A DNA stretch of 64,000 bases from Candidatus Hydrogenedentota bacterium (GTDB lineage Bacteria; Hydrogenedentota; Hydrogenedentia; Hydrogenedentales; SLHB01). A program made the translations under genes and the position numbers. Below are positions 41,246 through 52,065 of this stretch, piece after piece. How positions within the stretch are numbered: the stretch's first letter is position 1; every line of letters begins with the position of its first letter. Under the pieces are notes generated by a model, which was given only the letters and a program-made list of their open reading frames with translations, made no database searches and was not told the DNA's origin. The stretch is from the NCBI GenBank assembly GCA_963745075.1, contig CAVUWV010000008.1, positions 352,001 to 416,000 of the forward strand, read 5' to 3'.

Positions 41246-43090
41246 TTAAAACAAATCCGGCATCGCCGCCGCATCCGACGGCTTCGGAATCTCACTCAAC
41301 TCCGGTTTCCGTCCCGGGATATACGGTCCCGTTTCCATATCCTTGTAGCTCATCCCGGGACCGACCATCGGATAAACATGCGCGTTCTGGTCGATCATCA
41401 CTTCAAGAAACGCGGGGCCCTCCGCCTTCACAAAGGCCTCCAACGTCTCCCGGATCTTCGATTTGTCGCTCAGCCGTTCCGCATACGGAAACCCGTCCGC
41501 GCGCGCCGCCATTACGAAATCCTTCTTATGAAGCGATTTGTCGCTGCCCGAGAAGCGTTCGCCGTAATACGTCGTCTGCCACTGCCGCACCATCCCGTCG
41601 CCGAGATTATTCAGCAACAACACCTTCACCGGCGCCCCGTACGTCGTCACGGTTTCCAGTTCGCCGAGATTCATTCGAATGCTACCGTCCCCGTCGATAT
41701 CGATGACCGTTCGGTCCGGGCAGGCAAACTGCGCGCCGATGGCCGACGGCAGCCCGAAGCCCATCGTGCCCATGCTGCCCGACGTGAGCCACGACCGCGG
41801 CTGATGGAAGTCGAAGTACTGCGCCGCCCACATCTGGTGCTGGCCCACGCCCGTACTCACGATGGCGTTGCCTTTCGTAATCTGGTTGAGCACTTCGATG
41901 ACGTGCTGCGGCTGAATGAGATCGGCGTCTTTGTTGTAGTTCAACGCATGGTCGCGTTTGAGCTGTTGCACGTGCTCGTGCCATGCGCCGAAATCCTTCT
42001 TGAACTTCTTTCCACCTTCGCATAGGTCGCGCAGCGTGACGCCCGCGTCGCCCGCGTGCGCCCACGTCACCGCCTTGACCTTGCCGATTTCCGCCGCGTC
42101 GATGTCGATATGGGCGATATGCTTGGCCTTCGGCGCGAATTCCGAAACCTTGCCCGCTACCCGGTCGTCGAATCGCGCGCCGACCGCGATCAGAAAATCG
42201 CAGTCTTCCACCGCGTAATTCGCGAACGCCGTTCCGTGCATGCCCAGCATATGCAGGGACAACCGGTCGGTCGTATCTACGCTGCCGATCCCCAACAATG
42301 TCGTAACGACGGGAATGCCATACGCCTTCGCAAACGCGCGCAGATCCTCCGCGGCATTGCTGTTGATGACGCCGCCACCCGCATAAATCAACGGCCGCTC
42401 GCTCGTGTTGAGCTGCCGGAAGAATTCCTTCATCTCGTCTTGGGTGACCCGGGAACTGTTCAGTTGCGCCATGCGCTCTTCAAATCCCCGGTAATGGAGC
42501 ATCCCTTCGCCCCGGTACTTCGCGACCGCCAACTGAACGTCTTTCGGAACGTCGATAACCACCGGTCCCGGCCGTCCCGACCGCGCGATCGCAAAGGCCG
42601 TCCGGATCGTTTCCTCCAATTCGTCCTCGTTGGAACACAGGAACACGTGCTTCGCGCAGGCGCTCATAATGCTGAAGACCGGCGCTTCCTGAAACGCGTC
42701 GGAACCGATCGACGCGCGCGGAACCTGGCCGCAGATCAACACCACCGGAATGGAATCCGCCATGCAATCCCGGATCGGCGTGACGCAATTCGTGGCGCCC
42801 GGTCCGGACGTGACCAGAAACACGCCGACCCGGCCGCTCGCCCGGGCGTAGCCCGCCGCCATAAATCCCGCGCCCTGCTCGTTCGCCGGAACCACCAGCC
42901 GGATCTGTTCGTCGTTCGGCTTGTCCGCGTTATACCGGAAGATGGCGTCGTACGTGGGAAGTATCGCCCCTCCGCTGTATCCGAATATCGTATCGACCCC
43001 TTCGTCGGCGAGCACCTGGATAATGCGCTCCGCCCCCGACATTTCGGTGCCGACCATCGGATTCTTCTTCGTTGATTTCACCGTTGCCAT
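41246..43090 (-). CDS. ilvB: Acetolactate synthase large subunit
   Basis: TSGPGATN, GRPGPV, TGVGQHQMWAAQ, GDGS ThDP motif. Confidence 0.96.
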   Translation of the reverse strand: MATVKSTKKNPMVGTEMSGAERIIQVLADEGVDTIFGYSGGAILPTYDAIFRYNADKPNDEQIRLVVPANEQGAGFMAAGYARASGRVGVFLVTSGPGATNCVTPIRDCMADSIPVVLICGQVPRASIGSDAFQEAPVFSIMSACAKHVFLCSNEDELEETIRTAFAIARSGRPGPVVIDVPKDVQLAVAKYRGEGMLHYRGFEERMAQLNSSRVTQDEMKEFFRQLNTSERPLIYAGGGVINSNAAEDLRAFAKAYGIPVVTTLLGIGSVDTTDRLSLHMLGMHGTAFANYAVEDCDFLIAVGARFDDRVAGKVSEFAPKAKHIAHIDIDAAEIGKVKAVTWAHAGDAGVTLRDLCEGGKKFKKDFGAWHEHVQQLKRDHALNYNKDADLIQPQHVIEVLNQITKGNAIVSTGVGQHQMWAAQYFDFHQPRSWLTSGSMGTMGFGLPSAIGAQFACPDRTVIDIDGDGSIRMNLGELETVTTYGAPVKVLLLNNLGDGMVRQWQTTYYGERFSGSDKSLHKKDFVMAARADGFPYAERLSDKSKIRETLEAFVKAEGPAFLEVMIDQNAHVYPMVGPGMSYKDMETGPYIPGRKPELSEIPKPSDAAAMPDLF

Positions 43091-43297
43091 TCTATCCTCC
43101 TCAGCGAAAGTGGTTCCGTCATTCCCTCACGACTTCCGCTACGCATGCATACCAATCGTTCCGGCGGGCCGGGTTTTTCATCCATTTTAAGGCAGTTTCC
43201 ACGGATTCGTCCACCCCGCGGCCGCCCCGAAAAGAAAAATGGAGCGCCGGCCACAACACCAGCGCTCCCCAACCGAAAGCCGGATTCGCGTCCGGTC

Positions 43298-45364
43298 TTA
43301 CTCAGTCTTTTCCGCTTCCGTGCCGGAATCTTCCGTCGCCGGCGCATCCGCCGCCGTCTCTTCTGCCGCCGGTGTCTCCGCCGCGGGCGCTTCCTCGGCC
43401 GGTGCCTCCGTCGCAGGCGCAACCGCCGCCGGTGCCTCTTCCGCCGCGGGCGCTTCCTCGGCCGGTGCCTCTTCGGCAGGTGCTTCCGCGGCGGGCGCTT
43501 CTTCCGCCGCCACAGGAGCCGCCGCCGCGGGCGCTTCTTCCTTCTGAAGTTCCGACATCATCTCGTTAGCCGCTTTACCGGGGTCCTGCCCGCCTTCGAG
43601 CAAGGACTTCGGCATGGCGTCGCCAACTACGTCGCCGATGCTGACGGTCTCCTTCGAGCCGCTCGAACCGTACTCGGCCTGGGCCTGACCGTCCAGGTCA
43701 CGCTGGTATTCCCGCAGGCTGAGCCCGATCTTCCGCTCGTTGGAATCGATGCTGATGACCTTCGCCATCACCTTGTCGCCCACCGACAGCACCTCTTCCG
43801 GCTTCTGCACGCGGTTGCTCGAAAGCTCGCTCACGTGAATCAGCCCTTCGATGCCGTTCTCCAATCGGGCGAACGCGCCGAAGCTGACCAGCTTGGCGAT
43901 TTCCACTTCCACGTGGCTCCCGATGGGATGCCCGTCGACCACTTCCTGCCACGGATCCTTGTCCAGTTGCTTGAGCCCTACCCCGATCTTCTCGTTCTGC
44001 GGGTCGATGCTCAGCACCTTCACCTCGATCTCCTGATCCTTCTCCAACACTTCGGAAGGATGGGCGACCTTGCGCGTCCACGAAATGTCGCTCACGTGCA
44101 GCAGCGCGTCGATCCCTTCTTCGATCTCGACAAAAGCGCCGTACTCGGTCAGATTGCGCACCTTGCCTTTGACCACGGAGTTGACCGGATACCGCTGCTC
44201 GATCTCTTTCCAGGGGTTCGGGCGCGTCTGCTTCAACCCGAGCGCGATCTTCTCCGCCTCCGGGTCCACGCTGAGCACCATCACGTCCACCTGTTCGTCC
44301 AGCGACAGGATCTCGTTGGGGTGCCGCACCCGCCGCGTCCAACTCATTTCGCTGACGTGCACCATGCCTTCGATGCCGTCCTCGAGCTGCACGAACGCGC
44401 CGTAGTCCGTCATGCTGACCACACGGCCATGGACCACACTGCCCGGCAGATACCGCGACGACGCCGTCTTCCACGGGTTATCGCTCTTCTGTTTCAGACC
44501 CAGGCTGATCCGCTCCGTCTTGGGATCGAAATTCAATACCATCACTTCAATGCGCTGGCCCACGGACACCACCTGCGAGGGATGCTTCACGCGGCCCCAC
44601 GACATATCCGTCACGTGCAGCAGGCCATCGATGCCGCCCACGTCCACAAACGCGCCGAAGTCCGTAATGTTCTTGACTTCGCCCGGAATGATCTTGCCGA
44701 TCTCGATCGTCGCCAGCAGTTCGCGCTTCTCGCCCGCCCGCTGCTCTTCCAGCAGCTTGCGCCGGCTCACCACCACGTTGCGGCGCCGCTTCGTCAGCTT
44801 AATAATCTTCAGTTCCATCGATTGCCCGATGTACTTCTCGAGATCGCTCGTCGGACGCCACGTCAACTGGCTCGCGGGCATGAACGCGTCAATACCAATA
44901 TCAACCTTCAATCCGCCTTTTACCCGGCGGACGATCCGGCCCTCAATCGTGCCGTCTTCTTCGTAAATCCGCTGGATGTGCGTCCAGTTCTTGATCTTGT
45001 CCGCCTTGATTTTGGACAGGATCGGCATTCCTTCGTCATCTTCCGGTTCTTCGATGAAGATGTCGAACTCATCACCAACCGTGATTTCCGACTTGTTCGG
45101 GAATTCGTCGATGGGGATCGCGCCTTCGCTCTTGTAGCCGATATCGACCAGGACGTAATCATCCGTCAGCCCGACCACCGCGCCGCGCACCACTTCCCCC
45201 TCCTTGAAGTTCTGCATGGTTTCGTTGTAAAGCTCCTCCATGGTTTCCATGGACAGCTCTCCCATGTCATCATCCAAGGCGATGTTTGCAGCCGCACTCG
45301 CCGCCGCAGGTTGCGAAGCCGTTTCTTCAACGACCTCTGTCGTGTTCTGGGTTTCTTCCGTCAT
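43298..45364 (-). CDS. rpsA: 30S ribosomal protein S1 with acidic Ala/Glu/Pro-rich tail
   Basis: Six S1 repeats (DFGAFVD.GG.DGLLH); AAGGAGGT RBS. Confidence 0.97.
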   Translation of the reverse strand: MTEETQNTTEVVEETASQPAAASAAANIALDDDMGELSMETMEELYNETMQNFKEGEVVRGAVVGLTDDYVLVDIGYKSEGAIPIDEFPNKSEITVGDEFDIFIEEPEDDEGMPILSKIKADKIKNWTHIQRIYEEDGTIEGRIVRRVKGGLKVDIGIDAFMPASQLTWRPTSDLEKYIGQSMELKIIKLTKRRRNVVVSRRKLLEEQRAGEKRELLATIEIGKIIPGEVKNITDFGAFVDVGGIDGLLHVTDMSWGRVKHPSQVVSVGQRIEVMVLNFDPKTERISLGLKQKSDNPWKTASSRYLPGSVVHGRVVSMTDYGAFVQLEDGIEGMVHVSEMSWTRRVRHPNEILSLDEQVDVMVLSVDPEAEKIALGLKQTRPNPWKEIEQRYPVNSVVKGKVRNLTEYGAFVEIEEGIDALLHVSDISWTRKVAHPSEVLEKDQEIEVKVLSIDPQNEKIGVGLKQLDKDPWQEVVDGHPIGSHVEVEIAKLVSFGAFARLENGIEGLIHVSELSSNRVQKPEEVLSVGDKVMAKVISIDSNERKIGLSLREYQRDLDGQAQAEYGSSGSKETVSIGDVVGDAMPKSLLEGGQDPGKAANEMMSELQKEEAPAAAAPVAAEEAPAAEAPAEEAPAEEAPAAEEAPAAVAPATEAPAEEAPAAETPAAEETAADAPATEDSGTEAEKTE

Positions 45365-45420
45365 AGGTTTCTTTGGAACCTCCTTAAAATGGATTTGTCT
45401 GTCTACCAGACAGACGCGAT

Positions 45421-45450
45421 AGAATACCACCCTAACCTCAACCGTGTCAA
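45421..45450 (-). promoter_or_regulatory. Putative rpsA promoter
   Basis: TTGACA-18 bp-TATTCT. Confidence 0.6.
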
Positions 45451-45938
45451 ATTCATATCGACACCGTTGTCAACCCCTCCCGGCCTTGCGCTCGCCATGA
45501 CATTGATCCACCCGATCTCCCCGCGCTCGCCATGAATCCGATGAAGTGAAGCACCAACCTGCCGAAATCGGTTCGCGACGAAAACCGCAAACTTCCATAA
45601 AACGTCGACCCAATGACAAAAACACCCAAAAAAGATGCAACCCATGGCGAGTAAGCCACCATTCATCTCAACACAATGCACGCGATCCACGGTCTTCAGA
45701 ATAGCCGCCTTTGGCCTGTGTTTCCCGTATTCACACTTTCGTGCACTGAACTCGTTCGGATGTGTTATAATCGGATTGGGCGCAGGGGGAACGCCCAACG
45801 GACCTTGAATTCGAACTCGCGATCGGGCGCTCGAAGCATACCCGCGGACTGCTCGGGGGATTCTGGAGTACGGCCAAGTGAATGGAGTAGAATTGCGAAA
45901 GATAGACTACTAGTGCGCCAAGAAGGATCATACCGCAC

Positions 45939-46319
45939 ATGAGCAAGCCGCGTCTGTTGGTTGTCGACGACGAAGAGCATATCCGATTCGCATTGCACCG
46001 CTGGTTCGAAGCCTGTGGATTCGAGGTCGACCTTGCCGAAGACGGCGATGTCGCCGTCGGCAAGTGCCAATCCACCAATTATGACGTCATTACGATGGAC
46101 TTGGTCATGCCCCGCATGGACGGGGTGGAGGCCATTAGCGCTATCCGCGACCTCGATCCTCACGTGCCCATCCTCGTCTTTTCCGGCTACCACGAGCGCG
46201 TCGATGAAGCGGTCCAGACCGGCGCCACACGTACCCTGGCAAAACCGCTGACCCTCCACGAACTCGAACGCGAAGTCCGCAGCGTCCTCGTCGAGAAACG
46301 CCGTAAAACCCAGCAATAG
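45939..46319 (+). CDS. Single-domain response regulator (REC)
   Basis: LVVDDE, MDLVMPRMDG, KP. Confidence 0.92.
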   Translation: MSKPRLLVVDDEEHIRFALHRWFEACGFEVDLAEDGDVAVGKCQSTNYDVITMDLVMPRMDGVEAISAIRDLDPHVPILVFSGYHERVDEAVQTGATRTLAKPLTLHELEREVRSVLVEKRRKTQQ

Positions 46320-46418
46320 CCAATTTCGGAAGCCCGGCTTCGCAATCCTTTCTTGCAATTTCGCCCCCGTGAATCTACGCTTGCCTCAGCAACGGGTGAC
46401 GACGAACCGGGGTCCTGC

Positions 46419-47843
46419 ATGAAGCGAATCGATCTGCATTACCAAATCTTGATAGGCATGGGCGTGGGCCTCGTAACCGGATTCGCCCTGCACCTCTTCG
46501 GCGCTCCCGATTCCGCCCCATTCAAGACCACCATCTGGTGGCTCAACCTCGTCGGTAAAGATGTGTTTATCGGCGGCCTCAAAATGATCATCGCGCCGCT
46601 GATCTTCGCCTCCATCGTGACGGGTGTTACCAGCCTGCCCAGCATGCGCGAAATCGGCGCCGTCGGATTCAAGACCTTCGCCTACTACTTTTGCACCACC
46701 GGCATCGCCGTCGCCATTGGCATCGTCGCCGTCGTCATTATCCAGCCCGGCAAACGCGACGCGTCCCAGCAGGTCCGGGCCGACCGCGCCGCCGTGTTGG
46801 ACTCCTACCGGAAAGCCTACACCGAACGAACCGGGAACGACCCCGGCGTGCCCGAGCACCGCGTCGACTACCTGGCCTTCATCAGCCAGCGCGACGGCGA
46901 ACACATCTCCGCGACCGACTTCCGCTCCAAATTCGGCGCCATGAAAGACGCCGAATCCCGCGGCCCCGGCGAACTCTTCCGGCAAGGATTGTTGCTGCCC
47001 ATCCTCACGAATCCCTTCAGCGCTCTGTCGGCATCGCCGCCCAACACCCTGGGCATCATCTTCTTCGCCTTGCTCACGGGGATCGCGTGCCTCGCCGTCG
47101 GCTCCGCCGCCCAGCCCGTGTCCAATTTCTTCAAAGGTTTCAACAACGTCATGATGACCATCACCTTGTGGCTCATGCGTCTCGCGCCGATCTGTATCGG
47201 CTGCATCATCGCATCCCTCATCGCCACCTTGGGCGTCGACGCGCTCCGGTCACTGGCCTGGTACTGCCTCACCGTCGTCGGAGGAATCGGCGTTCACATC
47301 GTCGCCCTCCTCACCCTCGTGGCCGCCGTCGGCCGCATGTCCCCCTGGACCTTCCTCAAAGGCATTCGCGATGCCTGGCTCATCGCCTTCACCACCACCT
47401 CGTCCGCCGCCACGCTCCCCGTCACCATTCACCGGACCAAAACGAATCTGAAAGTCTCCCCGAAGATCGCCGACTTCACGCTCCCCGTCGGCGCCACCAT
47501 GAACATGGACGGCACGGCCCTCTACGAAGGTGTCGCCATCATCTTCCTCATTCAGATGTACGGCGGTCTCGACAACGTCGCCATCAGCCTGTCCGGCGTT
47601 AAGCTCTTCATCATCTTCGTGACCGCCGTCTTCGCATCCATTGGCGCCGCCGCCGTGCCGAGCGCCGGTCTTATCACCATGGCCATCGTCGCCAGCGCCG
47701 TCGGCCTGCCCCTCCACTACATCTTCATCATCTACGCCGTCGACCACCTGCTCGACATGTTCCGCACCTCCACCAACGTCATGGGTGACGCCGCCGGCGC
47801 CGTCATCGTCAACCGCCTCGAACAAAGCCGAATCGGCACCTGA
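46419..47843 (+). CDS. Dicarboxylate/amino acid:cation symporter (GltP family)
   Basis: AFTTTSSAATLP, GATMNMDGTALY, LDMFRTSTNVMGD. Confidence 0.95.
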   Translation: MKRIDLHYQILIGMGVGLVTGFALHLFGAPDSAPFKTTIWWLNLVGKDVFIGGLKMIIAPLIFASIVTGVTSLPSMREIGAVGFKTFAYYFCTTGIAVAIGIVAVVIIQPGKRDASQQVRADRAAVLDSYRKAYTERTGNDPGVPEHRVDYLAFISQRDGEHISATDFRSKFGAMKDAESRGPGELFRQGLLLPILTNPFSALSASPPNTLGIIFFALLTGIACLAVGSAAQPVSNFFKGFNNVMMTITLWLMRLAPICIGCIIASLIATLGVDALRSLAWYCLTVVGGIGVHIVALLTLVAAVGRMSPWTFLKGIRDAWLIAFTTTSSAATLPVTIHRTKTNLKVSPKIADFTLPVGATMNMDGTALYEGVAIIFLIQMYGGLDNVAISLSGVKLFIIFVTAVFASIGAAAVPSAGLITMAIVASAVGLPLHYIFIIYAVDHLLDMFRTSTNVMGDAAGAVIVNRLEQSRIGT

Positions 47844-48189
47844 AGCAGCCAAAGTCCCAAGCCATCCCCGCCCCAGACCCGTGTCGTACTCGTAATCGAC
47901 ACCGCCGACCTTACTTCACCGAACGTCACGACATCATGTACGTAGGTGCCAACACACACATGAGAAAGCAAATTCGTTTGATAAATCGAGCAACGGGATG
48001 ACGAATCGAAGCAAGAAACCGACGGGAAAGGTTGCATTACTCTGTACTACTCACAGTCGAAATCGTGAGATTCTGTCATAATTTGTCAAGGTGAGCGACC
48101 AATTCCCGTGGCTTGGGCATCGTACGCAAGGTCCCAGCGCATCGGCCAACCACACGCCCCAATTCCTTGGGCAAGATGCCCAATCCACA

Positions 48190-48290
48190 GTTTTGGTCAT
48201 TTCGGGTTTGGAACATTAGGATTTGTTTCGGACTTCGTATTGGATCCCGGCCTTGGCCTCGCTGCGTTCTGAAATCTCGAATTCTCGATC
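48190..48290. repeat. Degenerate TTCGGATTTCG-family repeat
   Basis: ttttggtcatttcgggtttggaacattaggatttgtttcggacttcg. Confidence 0.65.
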
Positions 48291-48346
48291 CCAGCATCGC
48301 GCCGCGCGCCAGCCCACACCATTCCCCATCGCGTCGCCGCTGGCAT

Positions 48347-50287
48347 TCACTCCGTGGGCGCGTTGATATAAATATTGCCCCCGTCCACATTCAACTCGAC
48401 CCGGTACTGCCCCCCGTTCAGCGGACCCGTGCCCTGGATCAAATTCCGCTCCATCGTGGCCGTCAACGGCACCGACGAATCCACGATCCCATTCTTCGCT
48501 GTTACCCACAGCGTTGCATCCGCCGTTTCCGGAATGACCAGCTCCAGATTGCCCTTTTCGACGTGCACGTTATATTCGCCCAGCACACCGTCCAACGCCA
48601 GGATGTTCGCATCGCCTCCCCGGCCCCGGACCGTCACTTCCCCCTTGGGCGTATCGACCAGCACCTTGCCCTGTTCCGCCACGATCGTCTGCTTGCCGTA
48701 CACGTTCGCCGTCTTCACGGTACCTTGCCGGGACGTCAGATTAACCGGCCCCTGGCAATCCGACACCGAGACATCCCCCGATTCATTGATGATCTCGAAG
48801 GGCCCGTCGTCCCGTTTGCAGTGTTCCACCGCCACGCTGCCCTTTTGCTGCTCCACCTCGACGCCCGCACCCATGCCCGCGACCGACGTGATCCCGCTCT
48901 CCGCGTGCAGATCGATCGCCGCGGTCCGTGGACACTTGATCTCCAGATCCACGCGGTAATGCGTGCAGCCCAGCGCTTCCATGTTGTCGCGCGCCGCCGT
49001 CGTCACCAGAAGCTTGCCGTCCAATGCTTCCACACTCAGCGCAAGCGCCTCAATCGCCTTCTCCGCGTTGTCCGGAATCTGCACCCGAACCACCTTGGTG
49101 GCTTTGATCTCGAGCCGGTCCGAATCCACGCCTTCGATACGCACGTCCCCGAGCGTCGCCCGGATCTGCACCTGCGTGTCGCCCGGGACGTCCGCCGATT
49201 CCTCCACGCCCCGCGTAATATACTCGCCGCTGTTCTGCACCGGCGGTGTCGGCGACGGTTTCAGGCCCTCCTGATGAAGGAACACATCGTTGAACGTGGC
49301 CCGGATCGACAAATTCTGGGACGACTCCATGTTGACGACATTCGCGAATGACAATGGACCCTGCGTGTACCGGTCGATCGCCACGTCCGACTGGATGCTT
49401 CCGTAGAGCGTCGTCACGGTGACGGACGGTTTCCGGTTCTCCGGAAGGTACACGTTCACCGGCCCGCTGTCGCTCCGAACGTCGATGTCGCACGTGGGCG
49501 CCAACTCCCGAAGCGTCACGCTGCCCATGAAATTGTTGACGTTCAACTGGCCCGCCGCGTTTACAAATTCCGCCTGGGCGTCGCGCAGTTCAAACGTGCC
49601 CCCCTGGCGCAATCCCTCCGCATACAGCGAACATTCGCCCAGCGCTCGCACCGAAACCGACCCCGAGAGGTTGCGCAAATCCACCTGGCCGAATTGCGAA
49701 TCGACCCCCACCATGCCGGTCGTATCGTGAATCACCGTGTCACCGAACTTGTTCGTGCATAGAACGCTCGCGCCCGCCGGCACCGTTAACGCGTAATTCA
49801 CCTCGTGCCGCACCTTGCCGCGATCCCGCATGTCCGGGTACTGCGTGCTCACTTCGATGCGTTCCGGCGTGTCCTCAACGTCAATCGAGAACGCGTCGAC
49901 GAGTTCGTCCGCGATCTCCACCTTCTCCGCGCCCACCGAGATCTCCGCGCGCACCCGAACGATGGGGTTGTCCCACGTGTCCACGCGGACCTCGCCGAAT
50001 TCGCTCTTCACGGAAACCGTGACGTTGGGTCGAACCGGATAATTCTCCTGGAAATCGCGCGCACTCGTCGCCAACCCGCTCCAGTCCGCGCCCCCGAGTT
50101 CTTCCAGGTTGTCGACCCGCGGTTTGATCCACTCCTCCGTCTTGTCCCCGAGGCTCTTGAGCCACCGGCTCACCGTGTCCAACACGCTGGACGGATCCGT
50201 GCGATCGTCTTGACCCTGGGCCGCACACGCGAAGATTGATGCCGCGAGCAGCATGCCGACAGCCGGGTATTTCAACACATTCAACAT
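48347..50287 (-). CDS. Exported DUF4097-like beta-strand repeat protein (two repeat blocks)
   Basis: Signal peptide; NYALTVPAGASV, NKFGD, TLYGSI, NVDGGNI repeats. Confidence 0.8.
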   Translation of the reverse strand: MLNVLKYPAVGMLLAASIFACAAQGQDDRTDPSSVLDTVSRWLKSLGDKTEEWIKPRVDNLEELGGADWSGLATSARDFQENYPVRPNVTVSVKSEFGEVRVDTWDNPIVRVRAEISVGAEKVEIADELVDAFSIDVEDTPERIEVSTQYPDMRDRGKVRHEVNYALTVPAGASVLCTNKFGDTVIHDTTGMVGVDSQFGQVDLRNLSGSVSVRALGECSLYAEGLRQGGTFELRDAQAEFVNAAGQLNVNNFMGSVTLRELAPTCDIDVRSDSGPVNVYLPENRKPSVTVTTLYGSIQSDVAIDRYTQGPLSFANVVNMESSQNLSIRATFNDVFLHQEGLKPSPTPPVQNSGEYITRGVEESADVPGDTQVQIRATLGDVRIEGVDSDRLEIKATKVVRVQIPDNAEKAIEALALSVEALDGKLLVTTAARDNMEALGCTHYRVDLEIKCPRTAAIDLHAESGITSVAGMGAGVEVEQQKGSVAVEHCKRDDGPFEIINESGDVSVSDCQGPVNLTSRQGTVKTANVYGKQTIVAEQGKVLVDTPKGEVTVRGRGGDANILALDGVLGEYNVHVEKGNLELVIPETADATLWVTAKNGIVDSSVPLTATMERNLIQGTGPLNGGQYRVELNVDGGNIYINAPTE

Positions 50288-50491
50288 CGGGTTCCTCGAC
50301 CGTGAGCCTCCAGTTCTTCTCGAAAGCATTTCTCACTGCACCCAAGATATCGGTCGGCAAGGTAACGGCTTTCGCCGCAGTGAGAAATGCGGATTATCAC
50401 CGGCATGAGCATACCAACTCCGGTCGACGAAAAATACCTGAGAAGTACGCGCCCAGGAAAGTGGGGGAGGCCGAAAGGGTGGCGTCGCAGC

Positions 50492-51154
50492 CTACAAACT
50501 GCGTTCAACGTAGTAGAGCGTCTTCAGGGCTTGCGCCTGCCGTTGAATGTTCGAGTTGACGATGCGGTTCGCAAGCTCGCATCCCGGGTTCCGTTGCAGC
50601 GCCGCCCGTGCCGCCGCCAGATCTTCGTCCAGCGCCAGCACCGCCCGCGTCTGCTGCCATTCCCGAAGGTTACGCGGCGCCCGCGTCCGTGAACCCACCG
50701 CCGCCGCCAACGTGTGAATTTCCGACGTGGCCTTGCGAATCTCTTCCGGAGATGGCCCCGTTGCAACCGTTCGCTGCCGCACCGCGACCTGCGTTTCATG
50801 CGTTGCCGCCGGTGCGCCGCCCAAGGCGTGCGAGAAGTAAAACGTCGAGAACAACACGATCCCCGCCGCATAGGCCAGGCCTTTCAACATAATCAACGGC
50901 GTCCGGCCACGGGCCCGGCGTTGCACCCGCCGTTCCGAACGGGCCGCCACAAGGATCTGCGAGGTGAGGTCGTCGGTAGGGCTCAACGCATCGGCCGATG
51001 CCGCGAATTCCATCGAGGTCCGGATTCCCGCCACTTCCTTCGCGCAGACCGTGCATTTCGCTACGTGCCGCGCGGTGGCGGTCGAGATTCCGTGCCCGTC
51101 CACCAAGCCTTCCGCGTAAGCAAGGAGTTCGAGCTTTGACGGGTGACCTAACAT
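50492..51154 (-). CDS. Putative zinc-binding (ZAS) anti-sigma factor with TM helix
   Basis: HVAKCTVC (HxxxCxxC), one TM segment; follows the ECF sigma gene. Confidence 0.8.
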   Translation of the reverse strand: MLGHPSKLELLAYAEGLVDGHGISTATARHVAKCTVCAKEVAGIRTSMEFAASADALSPTDDLTSQILVAARSERRVQRRARGRTPLIMLKGLAYAAGIVLFSTFYFSHALGGAPAATHETQVAVRQRTVATGPSPEEIRKATSEIHTLAAAVGSRTRAPRNLREWQQTRAVLALDEDLAAARAALQRNPGCELANRIVNSNIQRQAQALKTLYYVERSL

Positions 51155-51173
51155 CCCCAGTCTGTCCCTCTTT

Positions 51174-51890
51174 TTAGACGTAGTCCCGGAAGCGGGCCAA
51201 TAAGGGCCGCAGCGCCCGCTCCGCCCGGACCACGCGCGATTTCACCGTGCCCACCGGTGAATCCGTGACCTGGGCGATTTCTTCATAGGAAAGGTCTTGG
51301 AACCGCCGCAACACAAACGCTTCACGCTGATGTTCCGGGAGTTCCTTGAGCGCCGTGTTCACCGCCTCCGAAATCTCGCCCCGCTTAAACGACATCACCA
51401 CGTCGGCACTCTCGTCGCCCACGTGCTCCAGCGGGTCGAACTCGTCTTCCGGGTTTCTGCGCCAACTCCACCCCGAAGACAAGCTCAGGAATTTCGGACG
51501 CCGCTTACGCCGCACCCATTCCTTCGATACAATATTCGATGCAATTGTATACAGATAGGTCGTGAACTTTGCCGTCGGCTGATACCGCTGAGCGTTGCGG
51601 ACCAATGCCACAAACACCTCCTGCGTCAGCTCCTCGGCAATATGCCGGTTTTGCACCATCCGGAATATGTAGTTCAGCACACCTTTCTGATGTCGACGTA
51701 CCAATTCGGCGAATGCGTCTTCCGAGCCCTTGCCATGCTCCAGCATGAGCGCCTCGTCCGACCATTCCTTGAGGGGAAGCCCTTCCGGTCCCAGCACCCG
51801 AAGTCGCTGCTTCCCGGGAAATGGAGTAACTTGTCCGAGTCCTTCCGCCATGGCTCCCCTGCTTTCGCCGTGTAACTCATCGAACTGCAT
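51174..51890 (-). CDS. ECF RNA polymerase sigma factor
   Basis: AEELTQEVF, FTTYLYTIASN, LSYEEIAQVTDSPVGTVKSRV. Confidence 0.94.
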   Translation of the reverse strand: MQFDELHGESRGAMAEGLGQVTPFPGKQRLRVLGPEGLPLKEWSDEALMLEHGKGSEDAFAELVRRHQKGVLNYIFRMVQNRHIAEELTQEVFVALVRNAQRYQPTAKFTTYLYTIASNIVSKEWVRRKRRPKFLSLSSGWSWRRNPEDEFDPLEHVGDESADVVMSFKRGEISEAVNTALKELPEHQREAFVLRRFQDLSYEEIAQVTDSPVGTVKSRVVRAERALRPLLARFRDYV

Positions 51891-52065
51891 ACTTCTATAC
51901 CTTACGCTACGAGAAAGTTCCCCAATGGACCTACCGCTTTCAGACGAGACCTTACCCGCTTCGCTTCAAACATACAGTATAACAAAGTTGAAAAAATTCA
52001 ACCATTCTTCTCTTTGTTAATAGTTAATAGGGCTCCTTTGTCGTAAGTCATTATATATAAAATAC

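Noticed and set aside
43091..43297. ilvB leader-peptide attenuator
   Set aside because: No short Leu/Val/Ile-rich ORF seen; the hairpins are better explained as rpsA termination signals
32499..45535. Long antisense ORFs (e.g. 32499..34388, 43145..45535)
   Set aside because: Shadows of glmS and rpsA caused by high-GC codon bias
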